Numbered from the stretch's first letter, positions 1 through 11,966 are shown. The stretch is 64,000 nucleotides of DNA from a candidate division FCPU426 bacterium (GCA_963771075.1 CAVYSE010000014.1:1-64000), one strand, 5' to 3'. Numbers and translations are program-made. The notes: generated by a model from the letters alone, not told the origin.

Positions 1-1935
1 CCCCGGATAGCTGTTCACCGACACACGGATCGATACCGATTGCTGCGGAGGATAAAACAGGTTCTTGTCCACGAAAAAGCCCGTCGGATAGGGCGTCCCC
101 GTCACCGTCGCCGTCAGCGTCGGCGCGGGAGTCAGCGTATTAATCGAAGTGGCCGTTAAGGTGAGGGTGAAGGTCGCCGTCAAGGTCACTGTTGAGGTCC
201 CGGTGGGCGTAAAGGTCGGGGTGGGGCTATGGGTGGGTGTCGGGGTCAGGGTATAGGTTCGGGTGGCGGTGGAGGTGGGGGTCACTGTGGGCGTGAAGGT
301 AAAGGTCGCGGTGGCCGTGGAGGTCGGCGTCGAGGTGGAAGTGAAGCTCCAGGTGGGAGTGAAAGTGGCCGTCGCGGTGGGTGTCGGGGTGGATGTTTTC
401 GTGAGGGTCGGGGTATTCGTGACGGTCTCGGTCATGGTAATCGTCGGGGTGAATCGGAAAGTCTCGGTGTTCGTGAAGGTGATGGTCTGGGTCTGGGTCG
501 CCGTGGCCGTCGAAGTGAGGGTCGAAGTCGATGTATTCGTCTGTGTAGGCGTACTCGTGAGGGTAGGTGTATTCGTCAGGGTGAAAGTCGTCGTTTCCGT
601 AAGCGTATTCGTGGATGTATAGGTCACGGTCGCGGTGGGCGTCGCGGTCGCCGTCGGCGTCAGGGTCGGGCTGACCGTAACGGTGGGCGAGAAGAGGGGC
701 GTGAGCGTCCAGGTCGGCGTAATCGTGACGGTCAAGGTGTATTGGGAGGTATTGGTGCGGGTCGGGGTCACCGTCGGGGTATTCGTCGTCGTGGCCGTAT
801 TGGAGGAGGTGAGGGTCCATGTTGCCGTGGGGCTGTTGGTCGACGTCAAGGTCGGGGTCACGGTGTAGGTTTGGGTGCGGGTCAGGGTGTTCGTCACGGT
901 TAAGGTTACCGTCGGGGTGGGGCTGTTGGTGATGGTGGGCGTCAGCAAGAACGTTTGGGTCCAGGTCGGGGTGAGGGTAACCGTCGGGGTGACCGTTACA
1001 GTCACCGTGACGGTTGGGGTACGGGTCAAGGTCGGGGTCGTACTCGGCGTTGGGGTCGTTGTGTGGGTCAGGGTGAAGGTATTCGTGTTCGTTACCGTCG
1101 CTGTGGGACTGTTGGTCGACGTCAGGGTCGGGGTTACGGTATAGGTTTGGGTGCGGGTCAGCGTATTCGTCACGGTTAAAGTTACCGTCGAGGTGGGACT
1201 AAGGGTAATGGTGGGAGTGAGGACGAAAGTTTGGGTCCAGGTCGTCGTGAGGGTGATGGTCGGGGTGACGGTAACCGTCGAAGTGACGGTCGAAGTGACC
1301 GTGACGGTCGGGGTGCGGGTCAAGGTGTTCGTGCTCGTACCGGTGCTTGTGTTGGTATTGGTCAAGGTCGCCGTGGAGGTGAGGGTGTTGGTTCGGGTCA
1401 GGGTCAGGGTGGGGGTAGCGGTGGAAGTATAGGTCTGGGTAAGCGTTGTCGTGGGGGTATGGGTGGGGGTGGTCGTGGGGGTGACCGTATAAGTATTGGT
1501 GGATGTGACGGTATTGGTCTTGGTCATGGTCTGCGTCGGGGTTAAGGTGCCGGTCGCGGTATTGGTGGACGTTAAGGTTTGAGTCGCCGTAGGCGTGGCC
1601 GTGCTGGTGTTGGTCCGGGTAACCGTCAAGGTTGGCGTGGAGCTGTTGGTCGAGGTCTGGGTTGTCGTCACGGTAGGCGTTGAAGTCGCGGTGGAAGTCC
1701 GGGTCGGTGTCAGGGTCGGGGTGGTCGTCGGGGTCACGGTAGGCGTTGAGGTCGCAGTGGAAGTCCGGGTCGGGGTGGTCGTCGGGGTCACGGTCGGGGT
1801 ATTCGTGGTGGTGACGGTATTGGTCCGGGTTGGGGTTTGGGTCGGGCTGGGAGTGGAGGTAAGGGTATTGGTCGCGGACGGTGTCGGGGTCAAGGTGAGG
1901 GTTCGGGTGGGCGTCAGGGTCGGGCTAGGTGTGGG
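1..1935. repeat. Copy A of a ~1.9 kb near-identical direct repeat (stalk + CTD); partner 6382-8265
   Basis: Base-for-base match at offset 6381 with scattered SNPs and about 48 extra bp near 1740-1790. The ORF track gives identical spurious ORFs at 227-820 and 6608-7201. Confidence 0.95.
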
Positions 1936-4900
1936 GGTAATGGTATTGGTGGATGCTACCCCACCGACGGTCACATAAGCGGTCAAGGAGGTCTCGATCG
2001 TATGACTGCCCGATGACATGGATGCGGTGTTGGGTATGACGGTCCCGCTTCCGGCGGTAACTTTCGCGACCAGGGTTTCGGTCACGCTGGCTCCAGGAGC
2101 CACATTTCCAACGCTCCAAACCACGGGGGGGGTGTTCGTTCCGCCATTAGTGGCGGATACAAAGGTTTCTCCCGTAGGAACCGTGTCTGTAATGACCACT
2201 TGGGAATTCCAGTCGGTGGTCAAGGTAAAATTGCTGAATTGGGTGCCGGAAGCCGTGGCATCCACGCCGAAATAGCCAGGGCCCGCGATGGTGCTGTCGG
2301 ATTCGGTCAAAACCGTGTTGTAGGGACCCCCGTTCGTTGAAACGGAGATGGTGAAACTGCTTCCACTCAGGACAACTTGCACATTGATCGGGCCCGTGGT
2401 CCCGGTTCCGGCCGTATTGGGGGCCACGAAACTTCCAACCCCGCCCGCTCCACCCACCGTCGTAAAAGAGGAGCCGCCGTTGGTGGTATATAAAAGGGCG
2501 ATTTGGGCGGCATTGGGGTAGGTATTCCCGTTGATCCAAAGGTAGTAAAAACTGTTTCCGTTTTGGCGCAGGATGGCGCCCGCTGGCTGGTAACCAGGTT
2601 CGTAAAGGGTGAAATTCAAGGTTCCATTGTTGGCATAGGCCCCCTGGTTGATGATGCCGCTGGGTCCGTAATTGTTTAGCGTGAGGTCCCCGCCGGTAAT
2701 TCCCCAATTGGAGAGGGCAAGCGATCCGGCCGCCGTCACCCATCCGCTCATAGACCCGCCCGCGAAATTACCGTTATAAAGCCCAGGGTTGGAATTGGTA
2801 TAAACCAGGGTATAGGTTACGTTGCTTCCCGACGCCACGGAGGTGGGGTTGGCGGTCTTCACAATCTCCGCGGGCGTAGGGGTGGGGGTGGGAAGAGGGG
2901 TGCAGGCGATGGTCACTGCGACCGAATTGGAAGTGGCCGTTTTTTCCTTATTGTTCAGATCCGAAAGGGTGGCCTGGTTCGGGATAGTACTGCAGGCGGC
3001 ATCCGTGCTTTTGACGATGGCCCAATAGGTCACTGTCCCGGATTCGGTGCCTTTCAGGTCCGGCCAGGTCCAGGTGGCCGTATTGGTTCCCGAGTTAAAG
3101 GCGGTGACCGCGTCGCAGGGCGCGCCCACGAAACCCCCGAAGGTGAGGTCGGTATTAAGGGTATCCGAAAGTTGGGCGTTGATGTCTCGGCCGTAATAGG
3201 GTGCGTTCCCCGCCACAACCCGCCAGGTATAACCGTCATATTCCTCCACCAGCAGGTTGGTCACGGCCGCCGAGCCGGACTGATGGCAGGGGTCGGCGTA
3301 ACCTCCCGGGTCCGTCAAAGCGGTCTTGATGGGCACATAACCCAAGTTCGGCAAGGCGGAGTATTTGGTGGACATGCAGGTATCGGGAGTCACCACCGAA
3401 TAGCTCCAATCGGTCGTGTCGTTCCGATTGCCCGTGCGGAACCAATGGACTTGGGTCTGCACTTGTCCACCCCATCCGTTCCATTGGGAAATAAGGTACC
3501 GGTCCATTAGAAGGGTGGAAGCCATGTTGGGCGTATTGCCCGACCATTGCATGACCAATTTTTGGTTGTAGCCGTTGCCGGGGACCATGGGAAGATCGGA
3601 GTAAGTGAACCCTCCCGAGGTGTCATATATGGTTTGGGGAGCGAACGGGTTTCCGGTGCTTCCACACATGTTCACGCCCGCGTTGGCATCGTCCAGGAAA
3701 TAGGAAACCCGGTAGTTCTGGAGGTTGATGTCCTCGTAAGACTCGTTCAGGACCGTATAATCGGTCTCAAAAAAGTTGCTGGCCGCCGGATTGGCCGGAG
3801 ACTGGGCCGATTGGTTCGTGAACCAAAAGAAAACTTGTGGCCGGGTCCTTTGCAACCTTTCATTGGAATTATTGGCGTAATTCAAGGTGTAGGTCACCGT
3901 ATCGCCCGGGTTGACCACGCTTTTGTTGACGGATTTGGCGGTGGAAAGGGCGCAGTTTACGACATCCACATAATTGGTTTTGTAGGTGCTGCTGACGACA
4001 TCCGGATAGGGGGACGCCGTACCGGTCACCCCCGCGGAAGGGTCGGCCTCCACGTTGTTGATCACGGTTTGACCCGAGGTCGCGCTGTTGGAAATCTGCA
4101 ATTGGACCGTGATGGTAACCGGGGCGTTAGGCGCCACGTTGGTCGCGGTCCAGGTTATCACACTGCCGCTGTTGGTTCCCGCCGGGGAGGATGACGCGTA
4201 AGTCGCGTTGGAAGGTAGGGTGTCCTTGATCGTGACGCTGGGCGCCGTGGCCTCCCCCACGTTTTTATAAACCAGGGTGTAGTTCAGGGTCGTGCCGGGA
4301 CAGCCGAAAGTCTTATCCACATCCTCCGATACCTTCATGACCGCCTGGCTCCACTGGTTATCGCAGGGCCAAGGGAAATTGCCGGTATTCATCAAAAGCC
4401 CGAGGATATCCAGGTCGTTGTTGTAATAAATAATTGAAGTGGGAGCGTAGTCCGTTCCCGCTCCTTGTTGGACAAATTGATAGGTCGAGGCGAGGCGGTA
4501 GGTCTGGTTGATCCAGGTTTGATCATCGGAAGCGGTAGCGACCGCCGCCATGGTTCCCATTCCCCACTGGCCGGGCAGCCCGGCGGTCCAGGTCCCGTTG
4601 GTGCTCCATTGCTGGCCGATATTCCAAACCTTATCGGCGTTGCTCAAGACCACCACATTGTTGTTCTTGAGGGAAGTGTTGGTGTTGGTCACGAAGTTTT
4701 GAAGGGTATTATTGCCGTTGTAGACCACATCCATGACATAACGCCACGGCCCCCTCATTCCTTCCGCGCTGGCGGTGGTTCCCCCATAGGCAAAGCCGGT
4801 GGGAGCGTTGGTGCCCGTGGCGCCGGTTAGGGTAAAAGTGTCCGAATTAAAACCATGGTTTCCCGCCGCCGCGTCCGCGGTAACGAGGGCGTTGGCCGTG

Positions 4901-5799
4901 TTGTTGGCCACATTGGTCCAATCCGCACCCGTGGTTCCCCGGTTGGGATAGCTGACCCCGGAGTAGGTGCTCCCCCAGCATCGGTAATATCCCGGGTCCC
5001 AGTAATCCGTATAAACGTTGTTGGAGATGCCATTGACATCGAAGGTATCGCCGCTGGTGTAGTAGTTCCACATGTCCACGTCCCGGTACCAGGTTTGGGC
5101 TGGACTGCTTGCAGGAACCGTTCCCGTATCGAGCATGGCCTGGATCATGGTCTGGGCTTCCCCGCAATAATTGATCACACCCGTGGAAGGCCATTGCTTG
5201 CAAGCGATCAACAGGGCCATGGCGATATCCTCGTCCCCGTCCCCCGCCGAGTCACAACCCGTGATGCCAAAGGGGGTCGTCATGGAGGTTTCCCATGCGG
5301 GTATATAGGCCACAAACCCGTCGCAAGGATTGTTCTGCATGTTCATGCGGCTTTTGACGTACATATAAAGACCGTCAAAAAGCGGCTTGTCAGCGAAGGA
5401 AGCGGCGATCAACATGGAATAACCCATGCTTTCCGAGAGGGCATGGTGGTTGTTGCCACCGTTATTGAGGGCGAAATTGGCGATTTCGGGAATCCCACTG
5501 TCGACATTTCCCGTGTATTCGACTTCCGAATTGACGTATAGACTGTAGTACTTCATCCACATAGCGGTCATATCGGAGCTAGTGACGCCTTCGGGTTGGG
5601 CGATCATTCCATTGGGAAGTTGGAGATACTCGCCGAATGGGTGCGCTGGATTTCCGCTGTTGACGTTTCCATTTGGGTAAACCGCGCCGTACATCGTGCC
5701 GTATGCCTGGGCCCAAGCATTAGAAGCGCTTCCATAAACGCCAATAAAAAAAAGAACGCTTAAGAGAATGAATAGACTTTGACGATGTTCAAATCGCAC
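1..5799 (-). CDS. Secreted GH8 glycoside hydrolase + DUF11 domains (CBM3-like and ConA-like inserts) + Thr-X stalk + FlgD-Ig/CTD tail; 3' end runs off the window
   Basis: Missing from the ORF track because there is no stop in the window. GTG at 5799 follows GAAGGA; signal peptide [32 protein letters not shown]8 motifs [23 protein letters not shown] and [21 protein letters not shown]. The frame at position 1 matches the paralog tail (SYPG). Confidence 0.88.
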   Translation of the reverse strand, partial: MRFEHRQSLFILLSVLFFIGVYGSASNAWAQAYGTMYGAVYPNGNVNSGNPAHPFGEYLQLPNGMIAQPEGVTSSDMTAMWMKYYSLYVNSEVEYTGNVDSGIPEIANFALNNGGNNHHALSESMGYSMLIAASFADKPLFDGLYMYVKSRMNMQNNPCDGFVAYIPAWETSMTTPFGITGCDSAGDGDEDIAMALLIACKQWPSTGVINYCGEAQTMIQAMLDTGTVPASSPAQTWYRDVDMWNYYTSGDTFDVNGISNNVYTDYWDPGYYRCWGSTYSGVSYPNRGTTGADWTNVANNTANALVTADAAAGNHGFNSDTFTLTGATGTNAPTGFAYGGTTASAEGMRGPWRYVMDVVYNGNNTLQNFVTNTNTSLKNNNVVVLSNADKVWNIGQQWSTNGTWTAGLPGQWGMGTMAAVATASDDQTWINQTYRLASTYQFVQQGAGTDYAPTSIIYYNNDLDILGLLMNTGNFPWPCDNQWSQAVMKVSEDVDKTFGCPGTTLNYTLVYKNVGEATAPSVTIKDTLPSNATYASSSPAGTNSGSVITWTATNVAPNAPVTITVQLQISNSATSGQTVINNVEADPSAGVTGTASPYPDVVSSTYKTNYVDVVNCALSTAKSVNKSVVNPGDTVTYTLNYANNSNERLQRTRPQVFFWFTNQSAQSPANPAASNFFETDYTVLNESYEDINLQNYRVSYFLDDANAGVNMCGSTGNPFAPQTIYDTSGGFTYSDLPMVPGNGYNQKLVMQWSGNTPNMASTLLMDRYLISQWNGWGGQVQTQVHWFRTGNRNDTTDWSYSVVTPDTCMSTKYSALPNLGYVPIKTALTDPGGYADPCHQSGSAAVTNLLVEEYDGYTWRVVAGNAPYYGRDINAQLSDTLNTDLTFGGFVGAPCDAVTAFNSGTNTATWTWPDLKGTESGTVTYWAIVKSTDAACSTIPNQATLSDLNNKEKTATSNSVAVTIACTPLPTPTPTPAEIVKTANPTSVASGSNVTYTLVYTNSNPGLYNGNFAGGSMSGWVTAAGSLALSNWGITGGDLTLNNYGPSGIINQGAYANNGTLNFTLYEPGYQPAGAILRQNGNSFYYLWINGNTYPNAAQIALLYTTNGGSSFTTVGGAGGVGSFVAPNTAGTGTTGPINVQVVLSGSSFTISVSTNGGPYNTVLTESDSTIAGPGYFGVDATASGTQFSNFTLTTDWNSQVVITDTVPTGETFVSATNGGTNTPPVVWSVGNVAPGASVTETLVAKVTAGSGTVIPNTASMSSGSHTIETSLTAYVTVGGVASTNTITPTPSPTLTPTRTLTLTPTPSATNTLTSTPSPTQTPTRTNTVTTTNTPTVTPTTTPTRTSTATSTPTVTPTTTPTLTPTRTSTATSTPTVTTTQTSTNSSTPTLTVTRTNTSTATPTATQTLTSTNTATGTLTPTQTMTKTNTVTSTNTYTVTPTTTPTHTPTTTLTQTYTSTATPTLTLTRTNTLTSTATLTNTNTSTGTSTNTLTRTPTVTVTSTVTSTVTVTPTITLTTTWTQTFVLTPTITLSPTSTVTLTVTNTLTRTQTYTVTPTLTSTNSPTATVTNTNTFTLTHTTTPTPSTTPTLTRTPTVTVTVTVTPTVTLTPTWTQTFLLTPTITNSPTPTVTLTVTNTLTRTQTYTVTPTLTSTNSPTATWTLTSSNTATTTNTPTVTPTRTNTSQYTLTVTITPTWTLTPLFSPTVTVSPTLTPTATATPTATVTYTSTNTLTETTTFTLTNTPTLTSTPTQTNTSTSTLTSTATATQTQTITFTNTETFRFTPTITMTETVTNTPTLTKTSTPTPTATATFTPTWSFTSTSTPTSTATATFTFTPTVTPTSTATRTYTLTPTPTHSPTPTFTPTGTSTVTLTATFTLTLTATSINTLTPAPTLTATVTGTPYPTGFFVDKNLFYPPQQSVSIRVSVNSYPG

Positions 5800-5935
5800 T
5801 TTTATTAGTCCTTCAACTTTCAGGTCAAACTGCTTTTGATTATTCGCCTAATCTCCGGACGCCAAAATGAACCCGTTTACGTTTTCAATCAAAGGGAGAT
5901 AAGCTTTTGAAACCCATAAAAATCATCATATTTTA

Positions 5936-5952
5936 AGCAATTTTCACACCAA
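5936..5952 (-). promoter_or_regulatory. sigma54 -24/-12 promoter of GH8 gene 1
   Basis: TTGGTGTGAAAATTGCT = GG-N10-GC, ~137 bp upstream of the start. Confidence 0.65.
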
Positions 5953-6180
5953 TAACGTTTCAAGTAAAGTTTAGAAAATTGCAGATCGGAAGTACTTTAT
6001 CGGGAAACTCATGGATTTTGCCTCGAGGTTTTTTCGTAACAAAATAAAACTTCTAACCACAAGTTCCAAATTCAGGTTTTTTCATAACTTAGTAAAAATT
6101 CAGGACAAATTAGTAAAATTCCAAACAAATTCAGGAAAGCACTTTTTTTGAATAGAAAGTTTTATTTGATTGAAATGCCC

Positions 6181-9100
6181 TTAACGGAGCAGCAAGACCT
6201 TGGCCAAGTGTCTTTCGTAGGGCTCGGTGAGATAGATGATGTAGACACCGCTCGCGCAAATTTCCCCGTAGTCGTTCTTCCCGTCCCAGGGGTATGTGTT
6301 CGTGTTGGGGCTTCCATAGTCCAGTTTCGTCAGGTTCCTCACCACTTCCCCCGCCGTGTTGTAGATCCTCACCGTGTATTCCCCCGGATAGCTGTTCACC
6401 GACACACGGATCGATACCGATTGCTGCGGAGGATAAAACAGGTTCTTGTCCACGAAAAAGCCCGTCGGATAGGGCGTCCCCGTCACCGTCGCCGTCAGCG
6501 TCGGCGCGGGAGTCAGCGTATTAATCGAAGTGACCGTTAAGGTGAGGGTGAAGGTCGCCGTCAAGGTCACTGTTGAGGTCCCGGTGGGCGTAAAGGTCGG
6601 GGTGGGGCTATGGGTGGGTGTCGGGGTCAGGGTATAGGTTCGGGTGGCGGTGGAGGTGGGGGTCACTGTGGGCGTGAAGGTAAAGGTCGCGGTGGCCGTG
6701 GAGGTCGGCGTCGAGGTGGAAGTGAAGCTCCAGGTGGGAGTGAAAGTGGCCGTCGCGGTGGGTGTCGGGGTGGATGTTTTCGTGAGGGTCGGGGTATTCG
6801 TGACGGTCTCGGTCATGGTAATCGTCGGGGTGAATCGGAAAGTCTCGGTGTTCGTGAAGGTGATGGTCTGGGTCTGGGTCGCCGTGGCCGTCGAAGTGAG
6901 GGTCGAAGTCGATGTATTCGTCTGTGTAGGCGTACTCGTGAGGGTAGGTGTATTCGTCAGGGTGAAAGTCGTCGTTTCCGTAAGCGTATTCGTGGATGTA
7001 AAGGTCACGGTCGCGGTGGGCGTCGCGGTCGCCGTCGGCGTCAGGGTCGGGCTGACCGTAACGGTGGGCGAGAAGAGGGGCGTGAGCGTCCAGGTCGGCG
7101 TAATCGTGACGGTCAAGGTGTATTGGGAGGTATTGGTGCGGGTCGGGGTCACCGTCGGGGTATTCGTCGTCGTGGCCGTATTGGAGGAGGTGAGGGTCCA
7201 TGTTGCCGTGGGGCTGTTGGTCGACGTCAAGGTCGGGGTCACGGTGTAGGTTTGGGTTCGGGTCAGGGTGTTCGTCACGGTTAAGGTTACCGTCGGGGTG
7301 GGGCTGTTGGTGATGGTGGGCGTCAGCAAGAACGTTTGGGTCCAGGTCGGGGTGAGGGTGATCGTCGGGGTGACCGTTACAGTCACCGTGACGGTTGGGG
7401 TACGGGTCAAGGTCGGGGTCGTACTCGGCGTTGGGGTCGTTGTGTGGGTCAGGGTATAGGTATTCGTGTTCGTCACCGTCGCTGTGGGACTGTTGGTCGA
7501 CGTCAGGGTCGGGGTCACGGTATAGGTTTGGGTGCGGGTCAGCGTATTTGTCACGGTTAAAGTTACCGTCGGGGTGGGACTAAGGGTGATGGTGGGAGTG
7601 AGGACGAAAGTTTGGGTCCAGGTCGTCGTGAGGGTGATGGTCGGGGTGACGGTAACCGTCGAAGTGACGGTCGAAGTGACCGTGACGGTCGGGGTGCGGG
7701 TCAAGGTGTTCGTGCTCGTACCGGTGCTTGTGTTGGTATTGGTCAAGGTCGCCGTGGAGGTGAGGGTGTTGGTTCGGGTCAGGGTCAGGGTGGGGGTAGC
7801 GGTGGAAGTATAGGTCTGGGTAAGCGTTGTCGTGGGGGTATGGGTGGGGGTGGTCGTGGGGGTGACCGTATAAGTATTGGTGGATGTGACGGTATTGGTC
7901 TTGGTCATGGTCTGCGTCGGGGTTAAGGTGCCGGTCGCGGTATTGGTGGACGTTAAGGTTTGAGTCGCCGTAGGCGTGGCCGTGCTGGTGTTGGTCCGGG
8001 TAACCGTCAAGGTTGGCGTGGAGCTGTTGGTCGAGGTCTGGGTCGTCGTCACGGTAGGCGTTGAGGTCGCGGTGGAAGTCCGGGTCGGGGTCAGGGTCGG
8101 GGTGGTCGTCGGGGTCACGGACGGGGTATTGGTGGCGGTGACGGTATTGGTCCGGCTCGGGGTTTGGGTCGGGCTGGGAGTGGAGGTAAGGGTATTGGTC
8201 GCGGACGGTGTCGGGGTCAAGGTGGGGGTTCGGGTGGGCGTCAGGGTCGGACTAGGCGTGGGGGTTTGGGTGGGGGTAAGGGTCCGGGTAAAGGTTGGGG
8301 TAATCCCAACCGTGCTTACGATAACCACCGTTGCGGATGCGCTTTTAGGGGAATCGATTGGAGACTGAATAGAAGTAGTATTCGTCACTGGCCAGGGATA
8401 GGACGACTGGGCATTGGCCGTAACCCAATAGGTCATTGTCACCGAAGAGCCCGATAGCATATCGGGAATTTGCAATGTCAAATTAGGGGATGTAAAGGTT
8501 GCCCCTGCGGGGGCCGTCCCCACAAAGCCTCCCCAAGTAAACGCGCTCGGGATAGCATCGGTCACCGCAACGTTGGGGATATCCCTGCCTGGCACGGGGC
8601 CATTTCCGAAAATACGCCTCCAAGTGTAACCATCCCATTCTTCCACCAAAACTTGGGTATAAATCGTAGCGGAGGTTTGAGTCCCATAGGGATCGAATAG
8701 GTTTACCGGCACGCTGGTGCCGTCCCCCGCTGTCCAATCGGGGGATACGGGTAAGGGATACATATTCGGGTTCGTTCCCGAGGGACCATAGCCCGCACCT
8801 TGCCAGGACCAAGCCTTGTTGGCTCCTCCGTTGGCCCAAAGATTGGTGGGGTCCGTTTGATTGGCCGCAGGCCAGACGTCGAATGAAAAGATGGGAACAT
8901 TTGAACTGAGATCCCCATACTGCATGTTCAAGCCCGTATTACCGCTATACTTTTGGATGTACCAGAGATTGGGTATTCCCGCCGTATTCCCATAAACCAG
9001 GTTGGGCACCAGGGGGTTGGGACACTGGGTGTCAAACCACCGTACCACATACCTTTGGTTCCATGCCCCATTCGCGTCGGAACCGGGTGTCACCGGGAGT

Positions 9101-9213
9101 TCGGTCAAGGAGTCGTTAACGCCGTTATACATGGGAATCTGGGGTATCTGGAAATCGGCCATGGTCCGGCCCGTGGTGGACCCGTAAGTGTTTGAATTAT
9201 GGGTGGCCATCAA
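6181..9213 (-). CDS. C-terminal part of split GH8 gene 2: CBM3-like insert/DUF11 end, Thr-X stalk, FlgD-Ig/CTD tail
   Basis: [25 protein letters not shown] matches the interior of gene 1 ([25 protein letters not shown]). No signal peptide. Tail WDGKND..ASGVY..KVLLLR. Confidence 0.85.
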   Translation of the reverse strand: MMATHNSNTYGSTTGRTMADFQIPQIPMYNGVNDSLTELPVTPGSDANGAWNQRYVVRWFDTQCPNPLVPNLVYGNTAGIPNLWYIQKYSGNTGLNMQYGDLSSNVPIFSFDVWPAANQTDPTNLWANGGANKAWSWQGAGYGPSGTNPNMYPLPVSPDWTAGDGTSVPVNLFDPYGTQTSATIYTQVLVEEWDGYTWRRIFGNGPVPGRDIPNVAVTDAIPSAFTWGGFVGTAPAGATFTSPNLTLQIPDMLSGSSVTMTYWVTANAQSSYPWPVTNTTSIQSPIDSPKSASATVVIVSTVGITPTFTRTLTPTQTPTPSPTLTPTRTPTLTPTPSATNTLTSTPSPTQTPSRTNTVTATNTPSVTPTTTPTLTPTRTSTATSTPTVTTTQTSTNSSTPTLTVTRTNTSTATPTATQTLTSTNTATGTLTPTQTMTKTNTVTSTNTYTVTPTTTPTHTPTTTLTQTYTSTATPTLTLTRTNTLTSTATLTNTNTSTGTSTNTLTRTPTVTVTSTVTSTVTVTPTITLTTTWTQTFVLTPTITLSPTPTVTLTVTNTLTRTQTYTVTPTLTSTNSPTATVTNTNTYTLTHTTTPTPSTTPTLTRTPTVTVTVTVTPTITLTPTWTQTFLLTPTITNSPTPTVTLTVTNTLTRTQTYTVTPTLTSTNSPTATWTLTSSNTATTTNTPTVTPTRTNTSQYTLTVTITPTWTLTPLFSPTVTVSPTLTPTATATPTATVTFTSTNTLTETTTFTLTNTPTLTSTPTQTNTSTSTLTSTATATQTQTITFTNTETFRFTPTITMTETVTNTPTLTKTSTPTPTATATFTPTWSFTSTSTPTSTATATFTFTPTVTPTSTATRTYTLTPTPTHSPTPTFTPTGTSTVTLTATFTLTLTVTSINTLTPAPTLTATVTGTPYPTGFFVDKNLFYPPQQSVSIRVSVNSYPGEYTVRIYNTAGEVVRNLTKLDYGSPNTNTYPWDGKNDYGEICASGVYIIYLTEPYERHLAKVLLLR
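6382..8265. repeat. Copy B of the ~1.9 kb stalk + CTD repeat
   Basis: Direct comparison with 1-1935. Confidence 0.95.
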
Positions 9214-11699
9214 AAGATAAGTCTGCTGGCCAAGAGCCCCCCCGGGGTTCCATAAACCGGATCATAGAAAAAGAATGACCAACGGTAATTGGTCGGGTTG
9301 ATCAAGGGCTCAAAGGCTTCCGACCGCAATTGGGTATAGAAACGCATGGGACCATATCCAGGGCTCAAGTCACAGCTGAACCCCGGATAAACTTTTGGGC
9401 GACCCCCATTGATCCAAAACCCAGCACCGCTTTGATTGGACGCCACCACGGTGAAGGTCACAGGGCTCCCGGGGGCGACCGTGGTGGGATTGGCCGCCTT
9501 GGTGATCGTCAAGGCGCGGGAGGCGATATCCACGCAATTGCGTTTGAAAACCATCGAGTCTTCGTTGGGATATTGGTTGGTGGTCCAATGGAGTGAACTT
9601 CCCACGTAGATTTGGGCGGTATTGCAGATACGCTCTGTTGCCGCCGCCGAGTTGACCGTAACCACGAGCGTCACCGCGCCTTCCGTGGAGGAAAGGTTGG
9701 TGTTTCCAGGCGTATTGTGCAACCCCGGCACCGTGCCAAGATTCCAAACCACCGTCCCGTTGCTTCCCACTGCGGGAGCGCTCGAGGGAGTCGTCGTGGA
9801 TGAAAGATAAAAAAGATCGGAGGGCAGATGGTCCACGATGGAGACGGGGTTGGCGTCGGCAGCGCCGTAGTTGCGGTATGAAAGGACATAGGTCAGGGTG
9901 TCACCCGCGTAAGCGAAGGTCTTGTTGACCGACTTATAAACTTTCAGGTTCGGTTGGGCGGTCATTTCACAGGGGCTGTGGAAATTTCCTGTCAGGGTGA
10001 TCTCTCCCAGCCAGCGGAAGAATGCGTGGAAATACGCCGGTTGGAAGGCGGCTCCGTCCGAACCGGGGTTGTTCATGTCCCAAACCAGGAAGTTTTCCCT
10101 GTAAAGTTCGTCCATCACCTCAAATTGCTGGGCGGCTGTCAGGCTAGAGGAACCGCAAACCGCCACCGAGGTAGGCCCCAATACCGTCGGGATATGGAAA
10201 TTGGTCATTCCTCCGGCCTGGGTCATATCGCTGAGAACTTGTGAAATCCCCCAAAAGGTGAGCCCATAACCCGAGCCGGGAACCGAATAGGGATTGCCCG
10301 CCGTTGTGGGGTTATACATGAGACTTGAATAGGCGTTCACGAAATTTTGTTCCGCCGTATCGGTACCCGCGATCACGGCCATGTTGACAGGGTCCCAGGT
10401 ATTGGCCGGGGTCCCATACCATAAATAGCTCAAACCGGTGCGATAGGGAGTACGAATTCCCTCCGCCGCACCACTGACATTCCAAGTCGCCCCGTTGAGG
10501 CTCACCACTCCCGCCGCATTGGCCTGGATGCCGTCCGTCCCGATGGAATAGGGCGGCCTTTGGGTGTTCATCTGGCTTATCAGATATTCGCTTGAGCAGG
10601 CAGCCCGCATGAATTGGCTAGCCGCCAGGGTATCTCCGCCCGCATCCGTGATCACTTGGCTGAAACAACGGTAATAGCCCGGGGCGAGGTAGCTGGTGCA
10701 AACACCGGTGCAATTGGCCACCCCGGTGGTACTGCAATAACCGCTCAAGGCGGGATAGGTTCCGTGGGCGGTAGTCCCCCACCCCGTCATATCCCCGTTC
10801 GTATTGCATGGTTTTAAATAACCATCCATACCGATGAGCGCGGAATCATAAGCGACTCCCGGCCCAGGGAACCCGGGGTCCTTCACCCAATCAGCGAAGG
10901 CGCTGGCGTAGCGGAAAAATTCATCCCCATAATTGATGTTTGTTCCCGAGGCGGTTTGATATCCGGAGAAATTTCCCCATTGTTTATAGGCGATCAAAAG
11001 GGCCATGAGGATATCCTCGTCCCCATCGGTGGCGGCGTCACCGGGTGCCGTACCCGACATGCCGGTGGCCAAGCCCGGGGTCTTGCAAGTACCCATATAA
11101 CCCGTAAATTGAGTCGTTGGCGCGGCGATTTCATAACTCAAGACCCCCGGGATGGAGCTGTGGATATCAATCCACAACCCGTCGAAGGTGTCCTTATCGG
11201 CCATAACCGCCGCCATCAAAAGCGCGTAACCTTCCCCCTCCGAACACCAACCGGTTGTTCCCTCGCACGCGTTGAAGTTTAAACGGTTAGGTAAAGCCGC
11301 GGGTTTCCATCCGCCCTTATTCACCAACCGATGCATACCTTCCACATAGATTTGAATGAGTGCCTTTTCCATCTCCGCATGGGGCACTCCATCCGGATTT
11401 TGCGTGGCCAAAGACTTTCCGTAGAGGTATTCCTTGAATTGCGGAAAAGGCCAGACGGGGGATTGGGGCATCACTGCGCCTTGATTGATATTCGCGGCCG
11501 AGACTGGAAAAGTAGCTCCCAATCGCAAAGGGATAAAAAGGCAAATCAAAATGAATAGGAGATGGATATAAATCGGTCGATGATGAAAAGCGCTTTCTCG
11601 TCTAGACAAAAAAACCCCCGGGTGAATTTTTACCCTTGATTGCGAAATAAAAAAGTAAAACAAGTTTGTAAAAACCTGCAAAATATAAACCAAAATCAT
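9210..11699 (-). CDS. N-terminal part of split GH8 gene 2 (GH8 + DUF11); likely true start TTG 11609; frameshifted at G7 tract 9237-9243
   Basis: [45 protein letters not shown] and [12 protein letters not shown]11 [26 protein letters not shown]. Ends inside a domain that is continuous in gene 1. Confidence 0.85.
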   Translation of the reverse strand: MILVYILQVFTNLFYFFISQSRVKIHPGVFLSRRESAFHHRPIYIHLLFILICLFIPLRLGATFPVSAANINQGAVMPQSPVWPFPQFKEYLYGKSLATQNPDGVPHAEMEKALIQIYVEGMHRLVNKGGWKPAALPNRLNFNACEGTTGWCSEGEGYALLMAAVMADKDTFDGLWIDIHSSIPGVLSYEIAAPTTQFTGYMGTCKTPGLATGMSGTAPGDAATDGDEDILMALLIAYKQWGNFSGYQTASGTNINYGDEFFRYASAFADWVKDPGFPGPGVAYDSALIGMDGYLKPCNTNGDMTGWGTTAHGTYPALSGYCSTTGVANCTGVCTSYLAPGYYRCFSQVITDAGGDTLAASQFMRAACSSEYLISQMNTQRPPYSIGTDGIQANAAGVVSLNGATWNVSGAAEGIRTPYRTGLSYLWYGTPANTWDPVNMAVIAGTDTAEQNFVNAYSSLMYNPTTAGNPYSVPGSGYGLTFWGISQVLSDMTQAGGMTNFHIPTVLGPTSVAVCGSSSLTAAQQFEVMDELYRENFLVWDMNNPGSDGAAFQPAYFHAFFRWLGEITLTGNFHSPCEMTAQPNLKVYKSVNKTFAYAGDTLTYVLSYRNYGAADANPVSIVDHLPSDLFYLSSTTTPSSAPAVGSNGTVVWNLGTVPGLHNTPGNTNLSSTEGAVTLVVTVNSAAATERICNTAQIYVGSSLHWTTNQYPNEDSMVFKRNCVDIASRALTITKAANPTTVAPGSPVTFTVVASNQSGAGFWINGGRPKVYPGFSCDLSPGYGPMRFYTQLRSEAFEPLINPTNYRWSFFFYDPVYGTPGGLLASRLIF
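11677..11693 (-). promoter_or_regulatory. sigma54 -24/-12 promoter of GH8 gene 2
   Basis: TTGGTTTATATTTTGCA = GG-N10-GC. It lies downstream of ATG 11699, which supports TTG 11609 as the start. Confidence 0.6.
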
Positions 11700-11966
11700 T
11701 TTGAGTGGCGTCTTAACGATTAACGTTTATCGAGAAAACCCAATATTAAATAAGGGATTAGATTCTTAATCTTTTTTAATCATCAATAAATCAATAAGGT
11801 TCGTGGAAAAATTAAATGCTCAACTCTTATTGTCGGTTTTCAAACTTAAAAGAAATATTTTAACTTTTCGTTCAGTGCGCGATCTTAAACATTCCCCGAT
11901 TTGTTTAAGCCTGTTTCATTTTTTCAACCGAACCGTTTCGTTTAAACCATCCGCTTTTAAGAATTG

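Noticed and set aside
227..1978. Val/Gly-, Gly/Arg- and His/Asp/Pro-rich ORFs over the stalks (also 6.6-8.4, 15.8-17.8, 23-24.5 and 59-63.5 kb)
   Set aside because: Antisense and off-frame shadows of ACN-rich Thr-X codons, which rarely produce stops; no RBS or domain signal
1..8265. Diversity-generating retroelement TR/VR pair
   Set aside because: Both copies are coding and kb-long, differences are not adenine-specific, and no reverse transcriptase is present
11610..11699. ORF-track start at 11699
   Set aside because: Overlaps the AT-rich promoter and sigma54 box; TTG 11609 has a G-rich SD and gives a normal signal peptide
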